The notes under the pieces: generated by a model
Seen by the model: the letters and a program-made list of their open reading frames with translations, nothing else
Told to the model about the DNA's origin: nothing
The model's database searches: none
From: an uncultured Actinomycetota bacterium
GTDB taxonomy: Bacteria; Actinomycetota; Actinomycetes; JAFAQI01
Reading direction: 5' to 3'
Assembly: GCA_963770565.1 (NCBI GenBank)
Contig: CAVYQE010000001.1
Span: forward strand, 832,001 to 896,000
DNA: 64,000 bases
Shown here: in pieces, positions 41,179 to 52,263 of the stretch
How positions within the stretch are numbered: position 1 is the stretch's first letter
How the letters are laid out: every line of letters begins with the position of its first letter
Program-made: the position numbers and the translations under genes

Positions 41179-41454
41179 TTAGCCCTCGATCACGTTGAGG
41201 ACGGTTGCGACCATCGGTGCCGTCAGCTCGACCCCGAGCTCGGTCAAGATCGGGACGAGGGTCGCGCCGAAGGCATCAAAAGCCTCCTGCGACTCCCAGA
41301 TGTCGAACACGTTGACTGCGCCCTCGGCCTCGAGCGCGACGTGCAGCGTTCGGCCGGCTGGTGCGCCTGCGCCGGCCGCTTCAAGTCGGCTGAGCGCGGT
41401 CCGGTACTTCTCCTCGGTGAAGCCGGCGTGGGCGAGGTAGATGCCGAGTGCCAT
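41179..41454 (-). CDS. Small dimeric alpha-beta barrel (ABM-like) hypothetical protein
   Basis: SD AAAGGA before ATG 41454; VFDIWESQEAFDAF motif. Confidence 0.75.
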   Translation of the reverse strand: MALGIYLAHAGFTEEKYRTALSRLEAAGAGAPAGRTLHVALEAEGAVNVFDIWESQEAFDAFGATLVPILTELGVELTAPMVATVLNVIEG

Positions 41455-41544
41455 GGGGTCCGATCCTTTCCGCGTGCTACGACGCGAGGTAGTAGAGATG
41501 GTGGGCGGACCGTATCGGAGGTCGTGGTCTGACAGGATCCGGGG

Positions 41545-42618
41545 GTGGTCGCGGCCCTGAATCGATCGGATCGCGTCATCATCACGGCGGCGGCTCTGCT
41601 GACCGTGGTCGCCGGCGTCCTGCACTTCGCGCACTCCAACCAGGTCGCGACCTTCATCGTGTCCGGGGTGGCCCTGGCCGCGTTGGCGGCGCTCGTCGGA
41701 CGCAGCGTCGAGCAGGTCGCCGACCGGCTCGGCGCCGGCGCGACCGGGGTCGTTCAAAGCGCACTTGGCAACCTGCCGGAGCTGTTCGTCTGCATCTTCG
41801 CCCTTCGCGCCGGCCTGCCGAACGTGGTCAGGGCGGCGATCATCGGCTCGATCCTCGGCAACATCCTGCTGGTGCTCGGGCTGGCCTTCATGGTCGGTGG
41901 GCTGCGCAACGGTCGGCAGAAGTTCGAGGGCGCCCGGGCCCGAACCGTGATCGCCCTGATGATCCTGGCCGTTGCCGCGATGCTCGTGCCGAGCCTCGCG
42001 TCCTATGTCCACTCGCGGGCCGCGACGCACGAACATGCACTGTCGGACATCGCTTCAGTGACACTGCTGGTGGTCTTCGCGCTGTCGTTGCCGGCCTCGC
42101 TGCGCCGCGGCGAGGGCGAAGCGGACCAGCCGGAGGCCGAGGCGCCGGACGAGGCCCTCTGGCCGATGCCGGTCGCGATCGTGAGTCTCGCGGTCACCGG
42201 CGTACTCGCAGCCGTGGTGTCGGACTGGTTCGTCGCCGCACTGACCCCCGCGCTGGGGACCCTGCACATTTCCCAGACCTTTGCCGGCCTGGTGATCGTC
42301 GCGATCGCCGGGAACGCGGTCGAGAACGTGGTCGGGATCCAGCTGGCGGCGCGCAACCGGCCGGACCACGCCCTGTCGGTCATCTTGAACTCGCCGCTCC
42401 AGATCGCGCTCGTGCTCGCGCCCCTGCTGGTACTGATCTCGCCGCTGCTCGGCGGCGCGACCCTGACCTTGGTGTTCCCGCCGCTTCTGGTGACGACGGT
42501 GGTGGCAAGCGTGCTGGCGGTCTGCTTCGTGATCATCGACGGCGAGTCCGACTGGCTCGAGGGGTCCGCTCTCATCGGGCTCTACGTCGTGGTCGCGGCG
42601 TCGTTCTGGTGGGGATGA
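41545..42618 (+). CDS. Ca2+/H+ antiporter (CAX/ChaA family)
   Basis: GNLPEL and GNAVE alpha-repeats, IIGSILGNILLVLG, DGESDWLEG. Confidence 0.9.
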   Translation: MVAALNRSDRVIITAAALLTVVAGVLHFAHSNQVATFIVSGVALAALAALVGRSVEQVADRLGAGATGVVQSALGNLPELFVCIFALRAGLPNVVRAAIIGSILGNILLVLGLAFMVGGLRNGRQKFEGARARTVIALMILAVAAMLVPSLASYVHSRAATHEHALSDIASVTLLVVFALSLPASLRRGEGEADQPEAEAPDEALWPMPVAIVSLAVTGVLAAVVSDWFVAALTPALGTLHISQTFAGLVIVAIAGNAVENVVGIQLAARNRPDHALSVILNSPLQIALVLAPLLVLISPLLGGATLTLVFPPLLVTTVVASVLAVCFVIIDGESDWLEGSALIGLYVVVAASFWWG

Positions 42619-42692
42619 GCGCGACCGGCGTCCTACGATGGATCGAGCCGCCCGCCTCCCGCGGCACCCGCTGATGACAGGAGATCCTCACC

Positions 42693-45581
<2,889 letters not shown>

Positions 45582-45589
45582 TCAGACCT

Positions 45590-46024
45590 CTAGGCGGCGG
45601 GCGCGACCGAGTCGGAGTTGCGGAAGAGGTAGATCCCGACCGTCTCGCCGCTCACCGCGGTGTTCTGCCCGGTGCCGAAGATCCGGTCGGCGCTGCTCTC
45701 CCCGGTGATCATGAAGATGTAGCCGACGTGCTCGAGTCGCCAGCCGATCGATTCGATCGCGGCAAGCGTGCCGGCGTGGGTGGCAGTGCGATTCTCGCCG
45801 CTGCCGGTCGGGTCCGGGTTGAAGATCGAGCTGACCCGTTGTGACGAGCCGACCACGAGTTGGATCTCGAGGAATCCCTGGCGTTGTTGTTTGGCCGTGG
45901 TCGCCATGCCTTCGGGGCTGACAAGGAACGCGGCCTGTGCCTGCTGTTGCCGAAGCTGGGCCGCCTGCTGCTCCTGGGCGGCCTGCTCGGCCGCCTTCTC
46001 TTCTGCTGACTTACCGAACGCCAT
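45590..46024 (-). CDS. Hypothetical protein (Gln/Ala-rich N-terminal helix; GWRLEHV...YLFR core)
   Basis: Intact ORF with GGAG SD; convergent with secA. Confidence 0.7.
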   Translation of the reverse strand: MAFGKSAEEKAAEQAAQEQQAAQLRQQQAQAAFLVSPEGMATTAKQQRQGFLEIQLVVGSSQRVSSIFNPDPTGSGENRTATHAGTLAAIESIGWRLEHVGYIFMITGESSADRIFGTGQNTAVSGETVGIYLFRNSDSVAPAA

Positions 46025-46064
46025 GCTCGACTCCGTCCTGTGTGGCGCTACCGGGAGATTGCCG

Positions 46065-46904
46065 TCACAGTGTCACGGCGAAGTAGTCCTCGGTCGCCTG
46101 CGGTTCGAAGCCGGCAGACAGGTAGAGACCCAGTGCGCGGTCGTTGTCGGCGGCCACCTCGAGGGTGACCCGCTCGGCGCCCGCGGCCCGCAACCGACGG
46201 CAGGCCCGGATGAGCACGTCGCGACCGATGCCCTTGCCCTGGAGGCTCGGCTCGACCGCCAACCCGTAGATCCCCGCGGTCGCGCCGTCGCGGGTGAGCC
46301 GGACCGTCCCGACGACGGCCCCACCGCGCTCGGCGACCAGGGTTCGCTCCTCCGGTCGGTCTGCGATCTGAACGTCGGACCGGTCCTCGCCGAACGCGGC
46401 CGCCAGGATCCGCACGACCTCGTCGCGATCGGCGGGCGTGGCGTCGCGCAGGTTCATGGTCGGATGGAGCGGCCCTTCGGTCGGCGTCGTACCGAGCGAG
46501 AGGTGATGTTCCGAATGCTCGAGCGCGGCGCCGACCGCGTCGGCAAACCCCCGGCCGGCCGGGGTCGAGCGGGGCGTGACCAGCAACGCCTGGGCAAAGC
46601 CGCGATCGCGCCCCAATGGCTTCGCCGCGTTCAGCAGCGCGGTGCCGATTCCCTGTCGGCGCACCGCCGGGTCGACCATGCCGGCCAGCTCGAGGTCGGC
46701 GGACCCGAAGCTGTACAACCCGAGGAAGCCGAGTAGTCGATCGCCGTCGCGCCACAGCAGGTCGTCGACCCGCTCGCCCGACCGCTCGCGAAGCGCCGTC
46801 CACTCGAGCTTGAGCCGGCCGCCGTCGTGGGCGAGCACTCGACGCTCGAGGTCGGCGATCGCGGCGAGGTCGGCGTCGGACAGACCTCGCAGTTCGCTCA
46901 ACAC
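46065..46904 (-). CDS. Tandem-domain GNAT acetyltransferase
   Basis: Two acetyl-CoA motifs, VDPAVRRQGIG and VEPSLQGKGIG; LEVAADNDRALGLY..AGF. Confidence 0.88.
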   Translation of the reverse strand: MLSELRGLSDADLAAIADLERRVLAHDGGRLKLEWTALRERSGERVDDLLWRDGDRLLGFLGLYSFGSADLELAGMVDPAVRRQGIGTALLNAAKPLGRDRGFAQALLVTPRSTPAGRGFADAVGAALEHSEHHLSLGTTPTEGPLHPTMNLRDATPADRDEVVRILAAAFGEDRSDVQIADRPEERTLVAERGGAVVGTVRLTRDGATAGIYGLAVEPSLQGKGIGRDVLIRACRRLRAAGAERVTLEVAADNDRALGLYLSAGFEPQATEDYFAVTL

Positions 46905-46947
46905 GCCTTGAAACTAGACCGCCTGTCGCCTGGTTTTCCCGAGCGGC

Positions 46948-47355
46948 TTAGCCGAGGTGGATCGCCGTACACCGCCATCGGCCGTCGATGCCTTCCAGCC
47001 GCAGTGCGAGGGCCCGAACCCGGGTGCCGGTCCTGATCACGGCCGAGGCCTCGACCACCCCGTCGACGGGCTCGCAGATCCGGACCGTGGTCACCACGGG
47101 GAGCTGGACCGGCGCGCCTTGACTTGCGCCGAGTCGCCCCGCACCGCGGGCCAGGAACCGCAGCACGTCGAGGCTGGCGAGCCCCGCGAGCTGTCCGGCC
47201 GGGCGCGCACCGGCCAGCACCTCGACGATGACCTGGGCGAGCCGCTCGGTCGGTTGGCGCGGGTCGGGCAGCAGGTGCCGGCGCGTGCGCGGCGAGCCCG
47301 CGCTGATCCGGTGGGCAGGCGAACTGCGGCGCATCGGCGGCGCTGGCTGTCTCAT
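46948..47355 (-). CDS. Rv3235-family protein, short paralogue
   Basis: LPDPRQPTERLAQVIVEVLAGARPAGQL, RVRALALRLEGIDGRWRCTAI. Confidence 0.75.
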   Translation of the reverse strand: MRQPAPPMRRSSPAHRISAGSPRTRRHLLPDPRQPTERLAQVIVEVLAGARPAGQLAGLASLDVLRFLARGAGRLGASQGAPVQLPVVTTVRICEPVDGVVEASAVIRTGTRVRALALRLEGIDGRWRCTAIHLG

Positions 47356-47629
47356 CGGGATGCAGCGGGCCGAGCAGATGCCCGATCCCGAACAGGGCAG
47401 CCGGACAGTCGACGCACTTTCCCCCCTTTGCGCACCTCCTCAGTCTAATGCAGTAATCGACACTCAATCGCCAAAGGCGCAGAAACTGTACGAACGCGAT
47501 GAAAGCGCCGGGGTGTTCGTTGCTTGCGAGGGTGGATAAAGTGCTCGCCGGAAGGCTCGCGGCGGGCGGATCGAGTCCAGTAGCGGAGGGGTTGACGATG
47601 GTGGCAACCAGGCCGGATCGGAATCGGCC

Positions 47630-49180
47630 ATGACGCAGACTGCGGCCGCTGGCCGTTACGGATCGCGCAACGTCGTTCTTGCCGCGATGATCTTCGCCGT
47701 TGCGATGACGTTCATCGATCAGACCATCGTGTCGATCGCCGTACCCAACATCCAGAAGGAGCTCGGCCTCACCAGCACCGGGGTGCAGTGGGCGGTCAAC
47801 TCCTACCTGCTAGCGCTGGCTGCCTTCTTCGCCTTCGGTGGCCGGCTCGCCGACACCGTCGGTCACCGGCGCATGGTGGTGCTCGGTGTGGTGGTCTTCA
47901 CCGTCGCATCGGCGTTCTGCGGGCTCACCCCGAAGGGCAGCGTCGCCGAGGCGTGGATCGTGATCTTCCGTGCCCTGCAAGGGGTCGGTGGCGCGATCAT
48001 GTTCCCCGCCGCGTTGGCGATAGTCGTCCAGGTCTTTCCGCTGCACGAGCGGGGTCGTGCCTTGGCCTTGTTCTTCGGCATCGCCGGCGGGCTGACCGCG
48101 GTCGGCCCGATCCTCGGTGGCTACCTCACCGAGTGGACCTGGCGGGCGATCTTCTGGGTCAACATCCCGGTGGCGCTGATCGCGCTCACCCTGATCGCGC
48201 TGTCCAAGCCGGTGACCGAGTTTCGCGCCGCACGGATGGACTACCGCGGCTTGGTCCTGGTCGCGGCCGGCGTGGGGTTGAGCGTCTTCGGGTTCCAGCA
48301 GTCGACGATCTGGGGCTGGCACAACCCGGGGATCGGCATCGCGATCGCCGCCGGCCTGCTGCTGCTGGTGGTGTTCTATCGGGTCGAGCGGCGCACCGAG
48401 GCACCGCTGATCCAAGTGAGCATTTTCCGGATCCGGCCGTTCCTGGTGGAGAACCTGGTTCTCGGCGTCGCGATGCTCACCTTCGTACCGGCATTCTTCT
48501 TCGCCAGCGAGTACGCCCAGATCTCTCTCGGCAAGAATGCGTCCGGCGCGAGCCTGGTCCTGCTCTATTTCTTCCTCGGCTTCGTTGTGGCTGCGCAGCT
48601 CGGCGGCCGGATGCTCGACCGGGTCGGTGCGAAGCGGCCGGTCGTCATCGGCTGCGCGCTCGCCGCGGTCGGATTCGCCCTGTGGTCGGGCCGGGTCACC
48701 GATCTCGACCTCGGCAAGCAGATCTGGGCGATCGTGCTCTCGGGCGCGGGCATGGGCATGATGCTCGGCCCGTCGAGCACCGACGCGGTCAACCGGGCGT
48801 CGTCGCTGTCGTACGGCGAGGCGACCGGCATCACGCAGACCGTTCGGAACTACGCCTCCAGCCTCGGGCTGGCCGTGCTGGGCACGATCCTGGTCTCGCG
48901 GATGAAGTCGCACGTGCTCGCGACCTTGCTCGCCCAGGGCGTGCCCCACCAAGCGGCCGTTCGCCAGGCGGCCGCGATCTCGCAGTCGCAGGGGAGCTCC
49001 GCCGGAGGCAACTCGACAATTCCGCACTTCGTCCGGCTCGACTTCGCCGATGCGACCCACGTCGTACTCGAGGTGATGGCCGCGATCATGGCGGTGGCGG
49101 CAGTGGTTGCGTTCCTCGGGTTGCGTCGGGGCGTGCAGGAGGAAGTCGCCGCCAGGGAGCCGGCCAGCGTCAGTAGCTAG
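47630..49180 (+). CDS. MFS DHA2 (14-TM) efflux transporter
   Basis: DQTIVSIAVPNI, GGRLADTVGHRR motif A, GPILGGYLTE.TWRAIFWVNIP. Confidence 0.92.
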   Translation: MTQTAAAGRYGSRNVVLAAMIFAVAMTFIDQTIVSIAVPNIQKELGLTSTGVQWAVNSYLLALAAFFAFGGRLADTVGHRRMVVLGVVVFTVASAFCGLTPKGSVAEAWIVIFRALQGVGGAIMFPAALAIVVQVFPLHERGRALALFFGIAGGLTAVGPILGGYLTEWTWRAIFWVNIPVALIALTLIALSKPVTEFRAARMDYRGLVLVAAGVGLSVFGFQQSTIWGWHNPGIGIAIAAGLLLLVVFYRVERRTEAPLIQVSIFRIRPFLVENLVLGVAMLTFVPAFFFASEYAQISLGKNASGASLVLLYFFLGFVVAAQLGGRMLDRVGAKRPVVIGCALAAVGFALWSGRVTDLDLGKQIWAIVLSGAGMGMMLGPSSTDAVNRASSLSYGEATGITQTVRNYASSLGLAVLGTILVSRMKSHVLATLLAQGVPHQAAVRQAAAISQSQGSSAGGNSTIPHFVRLDFADATHVVLEVMAAIMAVAAVVAFLGLRRGVQEEVAAREPASVSS

Positions 49181-49190
49181 TGCGCCGTCG

Positions 49191-49745
49191 CTAGCCGATC
49201 TGCACGGCAGTGCAACGCCACCGACCGTTCACGCCTTCGAGTCGAAGCGCGAGGGCGCGCTTTCGCGGACCGGTGTCGACGACCACGCTGGCTTCGGCCA
49301 CGCCCGAGCGCGGCTGGCTGACATGCACCGAGCCAACGATCGGGCGTTGGGCCGGCTGGCCGGGGCGCGCACCGAGCCGGCCGGAACCGCGCTCGAGCAG
49401 CTGCAGGACATCAAGCGTGGCGACCCGGGAGAGCTGACTGGCCGGTCGCGCACCGGCCAGCACCTCGACGATCGCCTGCGCGAGCCGGGCGGTCCACGGT
49501 CTCGGGTCCGGCAGCGGCTCGGGGCCGGCCGGGCTGTGGAGGTCGGCGAGCTCGCCAGCCGGCGGGACCAGCCGCAGCGGCAGGCTCACCCGGGTCGGCG
49601 GCGGAAAGGCGAGCGCAAGACTGCCGGTCATGATCTCGGGCGCGCGGTCCGGGTGCTCGTCGTCGTAAGGCCCGTCGAACTGCGGGACCGGCCGGCGGCG
49701 GAACGGATGAACCTGCCCGGCCGCGGTGTTCTCGGCCGCGATCAT
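49191..49745 (-). CDS. Rv3235-family protein
   Basis: PYDDE motif, AQAIVEVLAGARPASQL, RALALRLEGVNGRWRCTAV; ATGA overlap with the LysM gene. Confidence 0.88.
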   Translation of the reverse strand: MIAAENTAAGQVHPFRRRPVPQFDGPYDDEHPDRAPEIMTGSLALAFPPPTRVSLPLRLVPPAGELADLHSPAGPEPLPDPRPWTARLAQAIVEVLAGARPASQLSRVATLDVLQLLERGSGRLGARPGQPAQRPIVGSVHVSQPRSGVAEASVVVDTGPRKRALALRLEGVNGRWRCTAVQIG

Positions 49746-50476
49746 CGCGCGCCGCCGGCGTGCGCTGCGGTTGCGTGACCGGCCGGTGGATGCAGCTGTT
49801 CACCGGGATAGATCAGGTTCGGATCGTCACCGATCACCGACCGGTTCGCGGCGTACCACTCATGCCATGCGATCGAGGTGCTGCGCGCTGAGGCGCTCGA
49901 CTCGAGTCGCCCGGCCGCAATCGACCACAGGCTGTCGCCGGGTCGTACGACGACGTCGACCGGCGGCGAGGCGGGCCGGATCGGTCGGCTCGCCGTCGGG
50001 TGGGTGGGGGCGGCCTCGACTCCGGCGGCGGGCGAGGGCGTCAGGCCGGGCCAGTCGAGTGCGCCGGTGGTCGTGGGCCGGTCGATGCGCGAGGTGGCCG
50101 CGCCGTGATGGGTCACTGCTCCTGCGGGGGCGGCAGCGACGAGGCCGACCACCGTGGTGGCGAGGCCGACCGTGATCGCCCGGTCGACCAGGTACCGAAG
50201 CCGCCCCGGTGTGAGCGGGACCAGCCATCGACCGCACCCGCCGAGTGGCGCGATCAAGTGCATCGCCGCGACTGACGCGACCGCGACGGTGAGATAGCTG
50301 ACCAGCGCCCAGGCGAGCCAGGCGCATCCCGCAACGACGGCGGCGTCGGGCGGGCCGGAGCGGCTCGGCAAGGCCGGCCGCAGCCGCCAGGTCGCCGCTG
50401 CCGCCGCGAGCGACAGAACGGTCAAGGCGGTGGCTCGGAGGATGCGTCGGGCCGCGACGCTTCCGGTTGTGGACAT
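49742..50476 (-). CDS. Membrane-anchored LysM peptidoglycan-binding protein
   Basis: N-terminal TM helices, LDWP, VVVRPGDSLWSIA...WYAANRSVIGDDPNLIYPGEQL; ATG 50476 with GGGGGG SD. Confidence 0.9.
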   Translation of the reverse strand: MSTTGSVAARRILRATALTVLSLAAAAATWRLRPALPSRSGPPDAAVVAGCAWLAWALVSYLTVAVASVAAMHLIAPLGGCGRWLVPLTPGRLRYLVDRAITVGLATTVVGLVAAAPAGAVTHHGAATSRIDRPTTTGALDWPGLTPSPAAGVEAAPTHPTASRPIRPASPPVDVVVRPGDSLWSIAAGRLESSASARSTSIAWHEWYAANRSVIGDDPNLIYPGEQLHPPAGHATAAHAGGAR

Positions 50477-50500
50477 GGATGTTTCCCCCCGTTTGGTTGT

Positions 50501-50577
50501 GACAGCGAATGGTAGCGAGCTTTTACTTGCTGTCAATCTCGTTCGTTTACTTGTGTTTGCGTGGACGTGCCAGACTG
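50501..50577. promoter_or_regulatory. Divergent promoter region with 10-bp phased repeats
   Basis: Minus strand TTGACA(50536-50531)-N16-TACCAT(50514-50509); plus strand CAGACT 7 nt before GTG 50584; phased GTTTAC/GTTTGC and AGCGAA/AGCGAG. Confidence 0.6.
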
Positions 50578-50583
50578 CTCGCC

Positions 50584-51138
50584 GTGCGGTGGGAGCAGCT
50601 GTTCGACGACCTCGAGGGTCAGGCCGTGGCGAGCGAGCAGGCGGACTTGGACGCCGAGGTTGCAGATCGCACCCGGATCGAGGTGGCCCGGCTCGGCTTC
50701 GGCGACCGGCTTCGCGCTGCGATCGGCAGCCGGATCGAGCTCAGCCTCGGCGCGGCCGGGACAATCAGCGGGGAGTTGAGCCGGACCGGCCCGGGCTGGC
50801 TGCTCCTCACCGGCGATCGGGGCGCGCAGGTCGTCGTGACCGAGGATGCGGTCGGCGCGGCCGACGGGCTGCCGTCATTGACCGATGCACCGGGCTCGGG
50901 CGGCGCGGTCGAATCCCGGCTCGACCTCGGGTTCGTGCTGCGGTCGATCGCGCGCGACCGGGTGCCGGTCCGGGTGGTGCTTCGCGACGGATCGAGTCGG
51001 GTCGGCACGATCGACCGGGTCGGTGCCGACTTCATCGACCTCGCCGAGCACCCGGCCGACGAGCCCCGCAGACCAGCTGAGGTCGCGCGCCGATCGGCGA
51101 TCCGGCTCGCGGCGATTGCGATGGTGCGGTCGGGCTGA
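50584..51138 (+). CDS. Conserved actinobacterial hypothetical protein (MRWxxLFxDLE family)
   Basis: MRWEQLFDDLEGQ start, LGFVLRSIARDR, GTIDRVGADFIDLAEH; two short beta-barrel-like halves. Confidence 0.85.
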   Translation: MRWEQLFDDLEGQAVASEQADLDAEVADRTRIEVARLGFGDRLRAAIGSRIELSLGAAGTISGELSRTGPGWLLLTGDRGAQVVVTEDAVGAADGLPSLTDAPGSGGAVESRLDLGFVLRSIARDRVPVRVVLRDGSSRVGTIDRVGADFIDLAEHPADEPRRPAEVARRSAIRLAAIAMVRSG

Positions 51139-51158
51139 TCGGCCAGATCGGTGCGGCG

Positions 51159-51404
51159 CTAGTCGACCGCCTCCGCCGAAGTCTCGTCGCGTCCGAACGG
51201 GTGGCTGGCTACGAACTCGCGGGTCTCGTCATGCGCGCGCTTGATGTACGCCTCGAGCGCGTCGCGGTCGACCCGCCATTGACCGCGACCGCCGATCTTC
51301 ATGGCCTCGAGCTCACCGTTTCGCACCAGCGCGTAGGCCTGCGCGGCGGAGATGTTCAAGATCTCGGCCACATCGGACAGTCGAAGGAACCGCGGCGCCG
51401 CCAT
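51159..51404 (-). CDS. Excisionase/BldC-like helix-turn-helix DNA-binding protein
   Basis: RFLRLSDVAEILNIS.AQAYALVRNGELEAMKIGGRGQWRV; CAGACT -10 7 nt before ATG (leaderless). Confidence 0.9.
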   Translation of the reverse strand: MAAPRFLRLSDVAEILNISAAQAYALVRNGELEAMKIGGRGQWRVDRDALEAYIKRAHDETREFVASHPFGRDETSAEAVD

Positions 51405-51443
51405 AGCCGCAAGTCTGACATCTCGCACCACCGGTCCCCGGCA

Positions 51444-51456
51444 GCCTGTGGACAAC
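51444..51456. promoter_or_regulatory. DnaA-box-like site TTGTCCACA(GG) between the HTH and SAF genes
   Basis: TGTGGACAA at 51447-51455 is the reverse complement of the actinobacterial DnaA box TTGTCCACA. Confidence 0.45.
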
Positions 51457-51549
51457 GCTGCGCTCGGAGGCTGGGGATTGGGGCAGCATGGGCCGCTCGT
51501 GGCCACCGGCGACTCGTCCCAGGCCGCCGATCGCGAGGGGGAGACGCGG

Positions 51550-52263
51550 GTGTCCGACGGCGCACGCCGTGCCAGCCGGCTCGAGCTGCCACGCTGGCTT
51601 GACGTCCGGATGATGCTGGGCGCGGCCCTGGTCCTGACCTCGGTCGTCGTCGGCGCCCGGGTGCTTGCCTCGGCCGACCACTTCTCCGAGGTGTACGTCG
51701 CCCGCCACTCGCTCGTGCCGGGCGAACATCTCGCTGCGGCTGACCTGCGGATCGGGCAGGTCCGGTTCGACGGTCAAGGCGCGTCGTACGTCGCCGCTGC
51801 CGGCCCCGCGCCGGTGGGCTACGTCGTCACCCGCTATGTCGCCTCGGGCGAGCTGCTGCCGCTGACCGCGCTCGAGCCGGTCGGATCGGCCATTGCGGTC
51901 AGCCGCGACGTGACCGTGCCGGTCGCGCCGGGTCACCTCCCCGACAGTCTGGGGCACGGCGACCTGGTCGACGTCTACGTCACCCCGAAGGTGGCGGTCG
52001 GCGCGCGGGTGCCGCAGCCGACCCGGGTGCTTGCCGCGGTCGCGGTGGACTCGGAGGGCGGTGGCGCCGAGTCGCTGGCTGCCGGCTCGACCGTCGCGGT
52101 CGAGCTGGTCGTGCCCGCCGCGGCGGTGGCGACCATGGTCCACGCCGTGGAGGCCGGAACGATCGATCTGGTTCGGGTGCCGGCGTCGTCCGCGGCGACC
52201 CTGCCTCAGCCCTCGAGCCCGGTGCGGTCTTCCAGTCCGGCGGCGGGCTCGGAGACGCCATGA
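51550..52263 (+). CDS. SAF-domain / CpaB (RcpC)-like membrane-anchored protein
   Basis: RASRLELPRWLDVRMMLG + TM, VYVARHSLVPGEHL, GELLP, GDLVDVYVT; SD GAGGGGG before GTG 51550. Confidence 0.8.
   Translation: MSDGARRASRLELPRWLDVRMMLGAALVLTSVVVGARVLASADHFSEVYVARHSLVPGEHLAAADLRIGQVRFDGQGASYVAAAGPAPVGYVVTRYVASGELLPLTALEPVGSAIAVSRDVTVPVAPGHLPDSLGHGDLVDVYVTPKVAVGARVPQPTRVLAAVAVDSEGGGAESLAAGSTVAVELVVPAAAVATMVHAVEAGTIDLVRVPASSAATLPQPSSPVRSSSPAAGSETP

Noticed and set aside
51159-51404. Excisionase as evidence of a prophage or ICE
   Set aside because: No integrase, att site, tRNA or phage genes nearby; the context fits a chromosomal regulator
51444-51456. Replication origin suggested by a DnaA box
   Set aside because: Single box, no cluster or AT-rich unwinding element, and no dnaA/dnaN
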